In this document: piece by piece, positions 50,733 through 59,642 of the stretch
How the letters are laid out: each line of letters starts with the position of its first letter
Position numbering within the stretch: the first letter of the stretch is position 1
From: Setoptus koraiensis
Taxonomy: Eukaryota; Animalia; Arthropoda
Reading direction: 5' to 3'
DNA: 64,000 nucleotides
Assembly (NCBI GenBank): GCA_048013815.1
Contig: CM106585.1
Location: 18,724,001-18,788,000, forward strand
Notes under the pieces: model-generated
The model's input: the letters and a program-made list of their open reading frames with translations, nothing else
What the model was told of the DNA's origin: nothing
Databases searched by the model: none
Translations under genes and position numbers: made by a program

Positions 50733-52100
50733 CCGTCAACTGACATGGAACAGAACACTGTGACAAAATCCGAAAAAACTATTGCTCAGGTACATAGATT
50801 ATGTGACACATTGGACACTCAAACTATCACCGAATGCAAAGAAACATTTGCACAATTGGAGGAAGAACTGCAAGAGCATAAGGAATCGTCTCCCAGGACC
50901 TATCTAATAAGGGCTTGTTGCGATCTACTTCGAAGAGTCAATAGCCAAGTTGACCCAGAATTTGCCGGTAGAATACTTATCTTTTTAGCAAGGTTATTAC
51001 CCATCTTTGATCCATCAGGTTATAATGATACAGAGTTCAATTTTTTAGAAATACACAAGTACACTGCTGTGGAAACTCAAGATGACAGTGATAAAAAACA
51101 ACTCTCAATAACAGACTTCACTCAAGATGATCTTCACGATGATATCGAAGAGGGCGAAACTATAGACGGCGAAGAAGAGCAGCCTCTGGTTAAGTCGTTC
51201 ATTGAATCAGATGAAAAGTTATCCGAGAGATTCTGGAAACTCCAAGAGTACCTCAGAAATCCCATGGTTTTATTCGAAAAATCGACATGGTTCCTATTTC
51301 GATCACATATAGATGCTTTATTATCAATGTTTGAAGCAAACCCAACAAGTGTTGGTGTTTGGTGTCTGACATCCAACTACCTTATCGAACCAAGATCGCT
51401 TGCGAGACTACTTCGTGATGGAAATCTTAGAAGATGTTTTCTAGTTCAGGTATTGATCATATTCAAATGGTTAGCTACCCCAAATCAATCCAAATTCAAA
51501 CGTGAGAATCAAAAGCTCGACAAAAGTGGGCTAATTTGGATCGACTCCACCTCAAAAAGAATCCACAGAGTTCTATCAAATACTCCTAAAGATGATGGTG
51601 GAGAAGCTTTTGACAAGTATATCAACCATGTCCTTCTACACGAGGAGCAATGGGTCTCTTGGATGAGCAAGACATTAAAAGAGAGAAGTGAAGATTATCC
51701 CAAGCCGATGGATGATGAGCCAGTCAGAATGCGATCTACATACAAAATGAAACGCAACATAGGTGAAGAACTGCGCAGTGCCGAACAAATCAATATGCAC
51801 CTGGTTGGAAGCAAAGAATTGAACAAGCTTTGGAACTACATACCGGATAACTGGGAGGCTTGTAAGTCGAGTGAAAGGATTAATGTACCAAGTTTAAAAG
51901 ACTTCTTCGAGAAGGCATCCCAATCATCACCTGAGCAGAGAAAAGAAATATTTAAAGACCCCAGCTTTAACTTTAGAGCCCTACGTTTGCTCAGTAGACA
52001 GAGCAATGACTTTATAACGCCGTCCTCGGCAGTTATTGTAGAAATCGATACATATCTGAGTAATGTGACAGACGTTATGTGTAAGAAAGGATTTAATTAA
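50733..52100 (+). CDS. THOC1: THO complex subunit 1 (Hpr1), main exon; native N-terminal ~90 aa and C-terminal death domain not seen
   Basis: YLIRACCDLLRRVNSQVDPEFAGRILIFLARLLPIFDPSGYN and GSKELNKLWNYIPDNWEAC...PSLKDFFE...FRALRLLSR match remembered THOC1 motifs (LLRMCNDLLRR...FCGRIQLFLARLFP; LTRLWN...RALRLLAR). Confidence 0.9.
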   Translation, partial: PSTDMEQNTVTKSEKTIAQVHRLCDTLDTQTITECKETFAQLEEELQEHKESSPRTYLIRACCDLLRRVNSQVDPEFAGRILIFLARLLPIFDPSGYNDTEFNFLEIHKYTAVETQDDSDKKQLSITDFTQDDLHDDIEEGETIDGEEEQPLVKSFIESDEKLSERFWKLQEYLRNPMVLFEKSTWFLFRSHIDALLSMFEANPTSVGVWCLTSNYLIEPRSLARLLRDGNLRRCFLVQVLIIFKWLATPNQSKFKRENQKLDKSGLIWIDSTSKRIHRVLSNTPKDDGGEAFDKYINHVLLHEEQWVSWMSKTLKERSEDYPKPMDDEPVRMRSTYKMKRNIGEELRSAEQINMHLVGSKELNKLWNYIPDNWEACKSSERINVPSLKDFFEKASQSSPEQRKEIFKDPSFNFRALRLLSRQSNDFITPSSAVIVEIDTYLSNVTDVMCKKGFN

Positions 52101-52121
52101 TTAAAGCCCCATTCAGTACAT

Positions 52122-52350
52122 TCAAAATAAAGGCTCTGGGAACTCAAATGTGACTTCCTTTCCTGTAAGCTTCTTATACACAGACACGAAAGTTGGTATT
52201 TTGTGTTCCACGAATGTCTGATTTCCTTTGTCTAGATGCACTTTAGTTAATTTAGATCCGTCCATTTTAATACGAAATCTCTTTCCTACTATCTCAGCTG
52301 GGTATACCAGGTCCTCGAGGATTGCATCGTGTACTGAGGTCAGAGTTCGG
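52122..52350 (-). CDS. RpS7: 40S ribosomal protein S7 (eS7) exon 3
   Basis: TATAG| acceptor. (S)[41 protein letters not shown]...[18 protein letters not shown]. Confidence 0.97.
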
Positions 52351-52613
52351 CTATAAGTTTATTCAACATAGAAATTGGTTGAGAATAGAAAAGATGATGA
52401 GATTAGATTTAGTCAGTTGATGAGGCCATGACGTATTAACAAGTTGATAAAGGGGGTCCACAGAAAGATTTTTTTTGATAGAGCACACTGTCCGTGCGTT
52501 ATATAGCCTTGTCTTGGGCTGCCCTCGGTAAGAAATTGCACCGAAAGTTGAGGTCCACTCATTGAGTAATGCACTGTGGAAGCTACAGTAGGTGAATATG
52601 TGCAGTAACTAAC

Positions 52614-52888
52614 CTTCTGGGTCTCTTCTGTTTGTTTGTACTATTCTTTCTTGATTGTTTTGGCAAAATAGTTCTTCTTGCGATGACAACGACGTGTTTG
52701 CCGGAGAATTTCTTCTCTAACTCGCGCACAATTCTTGCCTGAATTTTCTGAAAGCCTTTTAGTTGTGGGTATGGCACCCAGATGATGATAGCTTTCTTTC
52801 CCTTAGCCTCGACCTCTTTAGCTCCACATATTTGCAACTCACGGAGTTGAGGCTTTAGGTCGGTACTCTGTTCCAGGTCGGTTAATGC
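52614..52888 (-). CDS. RpS7: 40S ribosomal protein S7 exon 2
   Basis: CTCAG| acceptor, AG|GTTAGT donor. [26 protein letters not shown]...[20 protein letters not shown]...QKRPR. Confidence 0.97.
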
Positions 52889-52972
52889 CTGAGGGTGGAT
52901 GGATAAGGAAAATTGTTAGAAATTTATCGATAGTCAGGTGTGAGAGTTACAGGACCATGGTGATATACATAC

Positions 52973-53050
52973 CTGAGCAACAGTCTTTTCAAATTTTGCT
53001 ACAGCTTGCCCTTTGGGCTTAACAATTTTAGAGATGAGAGGCAGGGCCAT
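52973..53050 (-). CDS. RpS7: 40S ribosomal protein S7 exon 1
   Basis: MALPLISKIVKPKGQAVAKFEKTVAQ|GTATGT. The three exons total 582 nt, or 193 aa plus stop. Confidence 0.95.
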
Positions 53051-53603
53051 GTTCGATGGTACACCAATTGATATTACTAATAATGATGGGGCTCCTTTAG
53101 ACGTTTGTGGTAAATGTGAAAAAATCTAATAAAGAGTCTCGATCTAGTATTTCAGAATCAGTGTGCAGGACAGTGGCAAAGAATACTTCTTCCGCTGATG
53201 CACATGCCATTCGCTGTGCACGCCTGGCCGCCGGCTACTGCTGTGTAAAAGCTCACTCACACACATGCAAATGCCCAGTGCGCAGGCTCAGAGCATCTTT
53301 GCGCGAACTTTAAAACAACTTATTTTTTTCTTTAGTAGTAACGTCCGATCCCAGCACAGCCATTGGCGGTGGCAGCACTGATGGCAACCCAGTTTTGTTC
53401 GTCATTTGAGCGCCTTTTTTTCTGTGCGATTTGATTTTAGCGCACTTTGTTCTCGTAAACCTATCCAACGGTTATTCTGGTCACTGTTGACACAACAGAC
53501 ATTCGCGGTGAATGCCTATGCCGAGTGGTCTAATATATTGTTTGTAATCACTCAAACTCATTATTTTACCCGACTATTATTATTATCAATTATTATTACT
53601 ACC
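53051..53603. promoter_or_regulatory. Head-to-head RpS7 / CENP-C intergenic region (probable shared promoter)
   Basis: 553 bp between divergent start codons; no specific motif demonstrated. Confidence 0.4.
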
Positions 53604-55280
53604 ATGGAGAACGAACCCAATTGGTTGGTCCAGATGAAGGCGCTCAAAGAGAGAAACAAACGCCGTCCTTTTAGGCAGTCCAACACTTGGACCAAATTTA
53701 CCGAAGCTGTGGTGCAACAGATGCATCTTGATATGCCAAAACTATTAGAGGATTCAAATGAAAATCATGGCAGTGCTATATTTGACCACACTCCCATGAT
53801 CGCAGAGGAAATTCAACATGAATCGGACCTATCTGGAGTTTCCGATCAAGCGGACGACCATGAAAGCATCATAGATCATGCTCCCATCATTGATGAAGAA
53901 AGCGAACACGAGTCAAGCCAATCTGATTCTATAATCGAAAAGATGCCAATTGTACAGTCCCAGATTGAAAATACTCATGATAACAATGGAAGCTTCATCA
54001 TGGACCATTCTCCTATCATTGCCGAGGAAAGCAACCACGAATCAGACATATCTGGTGTTCCCGATCAAGTGGACGATCATGAAAGCATCATAGATCATAC
54101 TCCCGTCATTGCAGAGGAAAGCATCCACGAGTCCAACACATCTCACTCAATGAGCGATGGAGAAGCGGATGAAGATGAGCCGTCGACCGCTCATCTTCAG
54201 GTGGAAAAATCCATTCGTAATGCCAGCAAGCGCAGCTTCACCTCAGACCATACTTCAGTCATCGCCGAGGACAGCAACCGCGAGTCCAACATATCTCACC
54301 CAATTAGCGATGACAGTGACGATGAGCCGTCGACCGCTCATCTTCAAGTGGAGAAATCCATTCGTGATGCCAGTAAGCGCAGCTTCACCACCGACCATAC
54401 TTCAGTCATCGCTGAGGACAGCAACCACGAGTCCAACATATCTCATTCAATGAGCGATGACGGTGAGGACGAGCTGTCGACCGCTCATATTCAGGTGGAA
54501 AAATCCATTCGTAATGCCAGTAAGCGCAGCTTCACCACCGACCATACTCCAGTCATCGCCGAGGGCAGCAACCGCAAGTCCAACAGATCTCACTCAATGA
54601 GCGATGACAGTGACCATGAGCCGTTGACCGCTCATCTTCAGGTGGAAAAATCCATTCGTAATGCCAGTAAGCGCAGCCCCGAACCCGTGATTGAAAATCC
54701 CCCGGAAGAACCCGCTGAGTGTGATGTTCCTGGTACGGTGCCAGGCATCAGACGATCCACTCGTCAGCGAAGGCCGCCTGGAGAATTTTGGCGAGGCGAG
54801 AGGCCGAAGTATGATAGCACGTTGACTTACGTTGGCAATCAGCCTGCTCGTCCAATTTACGACTATTCAAGAAAACAAAAACGTCCGTCTAACCTGCCAC
54901 CCAGAGGTCCCAGTGAAAAGAAATATAAAGTTCCTGCGGGATGCGTCGTGCCTCCAGATTATGAGTACCAAAAATCCAGAACAGGAGAGTTTGATTTGGT
55001 CACGTTAAATCTCAATGGAATGATTTATGGAAAGATGATTTTAGACCCGGGAAAGCGAAAGCAAGAAACAAAAATCGCCATCAACCTATTATACAATTTT
55101 TTCGTACTACGTGGTCGTGTGATGTTCAAGAACAAGACCCCCAAAACTACCAAATATTATATCGATGACAGCCCCCGAAAATCCGCCCTCCAACTCAAAG
55201 GTGGGACCTCGTATTCCATAACGAATGTCGGCGAAGAGCCAGCTCACATTTTGTACTGGACCATTGCAGAAGATCTATGA
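53604..55280 (+). CDS. CENP-C: Centromere protein C (CENP-C/Mif2), intronless, ~558 aa
   Basis: CENP-C motif RRSTRQRRPPGEFWRGERPKY (54750-54812). C-terminal cupin (YGKMILDPG...FFVLRGRV...YSITNVGEEPAHILY). N-terminal LKERNKRRPF resembles the Mis12-binding motif. ATG at 53604; the ORF-track start is TTG. Confidence 0.88.
   Translation: MENEPNWLVQMKALKERNKRRPFRQSNTWTKFTEAVVQQMHLDMPKLLEDSNENHGSAIFDHTPMIAEEIQHESDLSGVSDQADDHESIIDHAPIIDEESEHESSQSDSIIEKMPIVQSQIENTHDNNGSFIMDHSPIIAEESNHESDISGVPDQVDDHESIIDHTPVIAEESIHESNTSHSMSDGEADEDEPSTAHLQVEKSIRNASKRSFTSDHTSVIAEDSNRESNISHPISDDSDDEPSTAHLQVEKSIRDASKRSFTTDHTSVIAEDSNHESNISHSMSDDGEDELSTAHIQVEKSIRNASKRSFTTDHTPVIAEGSNRKSNRSHSMSDDSDHEPLTAHLQVEKSIRNASKRSPEPVIENPPEEPAECDVPGTVPGIRRSTRQRRPPGEFWRGERPKYDSTLTYVGNQPARPIYDYSRKQKRPSNLPPRGPSEKKYKVPAGCVVPPDYEYQKSRTGEFDLVTLNLNGMIYGKMILDPGKRKQETKIAINLLYNFFVLRGRVMFKNKTPKTTKYYIDDSPRKSALQLKGGTSYSITNVGEEPAHILYWTIAEDL
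53688..54170 (+). repeat. Coding DH(T/S/A)PxIxEESxHES repeat block shared with 61110-61820
   Basis: 30-aa and 43-aa unit variants. Positions 53984-54081 are identical to the reverse complement of 61382-61479. Confidence 0.92.
54174..54678 (+). repeat. Coding 147-bp (49-aa) tandem repeat, ~3.4 copies, in CENP-C
   Basis: Units start at 54174, 54321, 54468 and 54615 (DEPSTAHLQVEKSIRNASKRSFT.DHT.VIAE.SN.ESN.SH..SDD). Confidence 0.95.
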
Positions 55281-55936
55281 TAATAAATTGCTTTAGAATT
55301 GAAAAAACTCTCCCTCTCTCTCTTCTGGGAAACAAAAAATTTCGGCCAAATTATGGGTGTCTGAGTGTGTGTGTGTGTTCACAACAGTGTTGTTGTTGAA
55401 TGGTCAGAGACCTGTTTGTGCGTGTGCACATGAAATTTAAACAAGTGCTGTTGTTGCTGGCAGTAGATGCGTTACACAGTTCAACTTTTTTGCTAGCAAG
55501 TTGCAACTGATAACAAATAGCAGTCGACAATAACAGTGCTCTGACATACTAATACCGTTACAAGTCTAGACTCTTGTTTACGTACTGACACAGTGGATAA
55601 ACAAGAGTTTTAGCAAGATCGGCGGTTGTTAGTGCGACAACAAAAAGAATGCAGGAGTTGACAATGAAAATGTAGAGTGAGAGAGACAGAGCAAGAAGAT
55701 CAAGTAGACGCGTTTAGAGCAACTCACTGTACGAAGAAGGAGTCTAACCTGGAAGTCATCAGTCGTGACGTTTTATTTCGATAGCTACACCTTTTGCAAT
55801 AATAATTGAAGAAAAAGAGGAGTTTCTCTCTTACAATAATGTCAATCAAATAGGCAATACAATCAATTTACTACGACGCTTGTCACCAATAATCAATAAA
55901 TCATATACTCTTGATCATATGTGATATCAAACTGCC

Positions 55937-57169
55937 ATGCCATCCACCAAAATTGACAAACCGAAAATGCCTGGATGTGCCCCCACCATAAACCAGGCCA
56001 CTGACGTTGCTCCCGTGGATACTGCCTCTACCTCACAAAATCTGATCCCATCAATACCACGTCAGTCGGATACCAAGACCGAACTCTCAAGCTCTTCTAT
56101 TCCGTCAAATACACACAACAATACCACCACCAAAATAACAGCAACAGCCATTCCCTCAATAGACTTGCACGGTATAGAGACAAAAAAAGAGCCAGCTACC
56201 AGGGGTCCCACAATAAGTATCATTGATATTGGTAATATAAACAACAATAGCAACTCCGCCACCAACAACACAGATCAGGTTGATTCTATGGACGCATCTA
56301 ACAACCACACCCCGGACCATTTGTACGTTGGAGCCTCTAGACAAATCCAAAACAATCAAAATCACCAGGCTGCATCGTCACATCTCGTGAATAGCGGCCA
56401 AATGAATAGCCGCCAGAGGCCTAGAATGAATTTGTCGGACCATTTAGGACAATCGCTTAGGACCATGTATTCAACAGTATCCATAGACGTACCACCTTCG
56501 TACCATGATATTCCGGGAACTGTGCCCTCTTATCATGGCAGAACCTCTGGTCCGCCTCCGTCATATGATGATGTTATCAATCCAAATGCACCACCACCTA
56601 CGTATCAGTCTCTATTCGGTCAAGTGATGGAGGCAAGAAAGACTTCAAATGGCCTGCTAGATTTACTGAGGAGACTTTTAATCATACTGATCAGTACATT
56701 AGGCTGCACAATAATAATAGGATTCTTAATACTGATACCATTCAGTATGATCATAGTGGGTGCGGTCTATTTAGATGATTGTCATATTGAGAACATACCA
56801 GCATTCTTACTAATAGGAGGCTCAGTTTGGGCAATCAAAAATATTATCAGCTGCTATTCGCAATGCAAACGAGAACCAGATTATGACTTTGATGCAGAGA
56901 ACCGTTCCAGGAGTGGCAGATATGGATCCGCATTGAATTGTTTTCTATTTGGTTGGTTTATTGTTGGTTGTGTAATTGTTTATAGGAATTACGAACCAAA
57001 CTATGATGATCCAACTAGTTTGAGATATTGCAACAAGAATCTCTATTCGTACGCATTCTGGTTAGTAACGTCGACCATAGTCATATTTAGTCTATTTGTT
57101 AGTTGTATTTGTTGTCTTATGATATCATCAGTTATAGCGAGCCATCAGGATGGAGACGATCCATCGTAA
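55937..57169 (+). CDS. TMEM272: TMEM272-like multi-pass membrane protein with N-terminal PY motifs, intronless
   Basis: C-terminal half IPFSMIIVGAVYLDDC...IPAFLLIGG...FLFGWFIVGCVIVYRNYEPNY...YCNKNLYSYAFW fits the TMEM272 family. Low-complexity N-terminus with PPSY, PPPSY and PPPTY motifs (56489-56605). Confidence 0.72.
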   Translation: MPSTKIDKPKMPGCAPTINQATDVAPVDTASTSQNLIPSIPRQSDTKTELSSSSIPSNTHNNTTTKITATAIPSIDLHGIETKKEPATRGPTISIIDIGNINNNSNSATNNTDQVDSMDASNNHTPDHLYVGASRQIQNNQNHQAASSHLVNSGQMNSRQRPRMNLSDHLGQSLRTMYSTVSIDVPPSYHDIPGTVPSYHGRTSGPPPSYDDVINPNAPPPTYQSLFGQVMEARKTSNGLLDLLRRLLIILISTLGCTIIIGFLILIPFSMIIVGAVYLDDCHIENIPAFLLIGGSVWAIKNIISCYSQCKREPDYDFDAENRSRSGRYGSALNCFLFGWFIVGCVIVYRNYEPNYDDPTSLRYCNKNLYSYAFWLVTSTIVIFSLFVSCICCLMISSVIASHQDGDDPS

Positions 57170-57479
57170 TTATGATTATAGAAAAACAAAAATGTTAATA
57201 ATGTTAGATGTTAGAAGCCAATCGCCTTTACATAAGTTATATTTTGACAGTAGTTACAGTAGTTATTACCTTTCTTGCTTTAGAACCACTACAATACTAT
57301 TATATGCAAACTCCTAGTCCTACTTTGACATAAAGCAACTCAAATCAATTCTCTTATATATATTTTATCTGTATTAAAACTCAACGAAACCTCAGACCTG
57401 TTTCACTTCCACCATTTGTTTACATTCTTATCCATTGCTGAGCTACAATTTCTCAAGCGCTTATACTGCTAATTAGCAG

Positions 57480-57638
57480 TTACGAGCAACTGTGACATTG
57501 ACAATCCACCGGTTCCTCTACCACAATGTTCATGCTACTTAGTGGACCCGACGAAATTCTTTGGCCGTTCTTTCCCGTGCAATCTTTCAGTGTTGCAATC
57601 GTCTTTCGCATTGTAGATTCCCTACAACAATAGCACAT
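57480..57638 (-). CDS. Pburs: Bursicon beta (partner of bursicon) exon 2
   Basis: AAAAG| acceptor. MCYCCRESTMRKTIATLKDCTGKNGQRISSGPLSSMNIVVEEPVDCQCHSCS* supplies 7 of the 11 bursicon cysteines. Confidence 0.9.
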   Translation of the reverse strand: MCYCCRESTMRKTIATLKDCTGKNGQRISSGPLSSMNIVVEEPVDCQCHSCS

Positions 57639-57773
57639 CTTTTTGATAATTTTCGTTGGATAACAAGTGATTAGTTAAAAAATGATGAGTTAGAGATCAA
57701 AAATAAAAATATCGGTAACAGTTCAAGTTCTACAATATTATAGGACGAAAGAAATTTTGTGTCATGGACTCAC

Positions 57774-58676
57774 CTTGTGAAATCCCGACAGTGTTCTGAT
57801 TGTAGGTCGAGATATTGACAAGCACGATCCCTCGCATTTGGATAAGCGCAAATTCGCCCAACAAGTTCGTACAATCTCTCCCGAAATCGCATCGCGATCG
57901 TCTTTCTCCAACAAGACGTTCGTTTGAACAGTTTCGCATCTATTGCTTGTGGTAGTCGTAGGATTGTCGTTCACGATCTCAGACTTGATAGTGTTGGCAG
58001 GTCCACTCATTTCTTGGTTATAGTATCGATTTAATTGATGCTTGTAGCTCGTTGCAAAGTCATCATCTCCTTTGCCATCGTTGTAAATAGTGCCAGCAAC
58101 TAGTTGGCTGCCAATATGCAATGGCAGCTTGTATAAGCCGTTGCTCACCGCACCCAAATGGTAAGCCAATGGTTTATTTGCGAAAACGACCGCCTCAGAG
58201 CCCTTGTGCAATAGTGTCATATCCGGTGTTTGCCCTGTTTGTTGTTGCTGTGAATGTATTGTTCTCGTGGACATCTTTCGTAACTGTCTTTTCTCCTTTA
58301 TTGGAGACACATTTTTAAAATCTCCACCGACCTCAATAATGTAATCCTGTTCTTTTGGCTGCAACTCCATGTCAAGATAATACCCACTGTTTCTCAACAT
58401 CGGAGCCGAGTTACTCCTATCAGACGCTATTGAATTGGCGCTCATGTTGGCTAGTTGAGGAGTTAACCCCCAAAACAACTCATTGAAGTTTTCTCTCTGT
58501 TGAAATTGCACATTATCGTCCTCTGGTAGCCATGTATGATATCTTGCTCCTTGAAGAACATTAAAACTTGCAGAAGTTTGACTCACTATACAAATTATAA
58601 GATAGAGAGCCAGTTTAGGTCTGACACACTTTTCATAATATTTAACCCTAGCTCCGTGATTGCAGTCTGATGCCAT
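57774..58676 (-). CDS. Pburs: Bursicon beta exon 1, with signal peptide and long N-terminal extension
   Basis: Ends CETVQTNVLLEKDDRDAISGEIVRTCWANLRLSKCEGSCLSISRPTIRTLSGFHK|GTGAGT, which matches Pburs CETLxSEIHLIKEE...RTC...KCEGxC.S...P....GF.K. 135-nt intron. ATG at 58676. Confidence 0.85.
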
Positions 58677-59642
58677 ATTTGAGAATTTCTTCTCCAAGTT
58701 TTAAACAAAGCTTTTTATCCTAACACTAGGTTTTGATTGTGTGAAATCAGTCGATTTTTGAGGATAAAGTTGCGACCGTGACTATGTGCGAATGTGAGAA
58801 GGCAACGAACAAATTTATGCTTGCACGATTCGTCTGATTTGAATTTAAAATTATTTCCGTTCATGCTGACATGGATATTGCATTATATTAGATGAAGCAA
58901 AATTAAGTAAAATTCATTATTCCGGTAAGCAGGTGAACACGTCTGAAAGCCATTCTCAAGTGGCTTGCTATTAGCTTTTAAATTAATTTTGTTTAGTGAG
59001 TTAGTGACCTTTTGAGTTGACATCATGACTGCGATCTAGATATCCCGCTGTTATGTTATATGCACGTACATCGTTCTACAAAGAGGTTTATTCAATATTT
59101 TCATTCAATATTCATTCTGGCACTCACAAGCACCTATATTGCGACTAGACCATATTGAGTATATTGGTAATTCACGGAACAATTTTCGGTTCATTTTGCC
59201 GATGGCAGTGGGAGGGAATTCGCCTCTTTGGTTCGCTAACACGTTGGACAACAAAATCAGAAATGGAGCACTTGCTGATGCCAGTAAGAAGATTGTTGTT
59301 CAACAAAACAAAAGCCCTGGCTACATGACCCTCTGAGCACTCGAATAACTGCCACCTCTTTCATCTAGTCCTGTTCGATCTTCGCAGATTGAATAATATT
59401 AAAAATTTCCAGCCAACGTGAGGGCGTTTATGAGATCAACACTTTCTAACATTGGAGTGTGTTTTAGTGGTGAAACTACGTGGTAGAAGTTACTGACGAT
59501 TACTCGGATCGATGAGAGTAGCACAAGCCAGTAGGCACTGACCTATTAAGTTAAAGGGTCGTAGGGACCCAAATGTATATTAAGTATGTGAAAAAAAAAC
59601 TTCAATGAATGAGGATATCACCAATTTGAATTTTTTTATTAA

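Noticed and set aside
52575-52604. Motif like the U17/SNORA73 ATATTCCTA region in RpS7 intron 2
   Set aside because: Imperfect, only ~11 nt from the donor so there is no room for the 5' domain, and no AAACCAT m2 motif.
53504-53516. CGCGGTGAATGCC resembling the miR-124 3' part
   Set aside because: Seed absent and no precursor hairpin.
54001-54035. HSPIIAEES resembling the PP2A-B56 LxxIxE (BubR1 LSPIIE) motif
   Set aside because: Spacing does not fit the consensus, and the same string occurs in a predicted lumenal domain.
58700-59640. Possible linked bursicon-alpha or small gene (ORF 59139-59336)
   Set aside because: No cystine-knot pattern; TTG-initiated short ORF with no recognisable motif.
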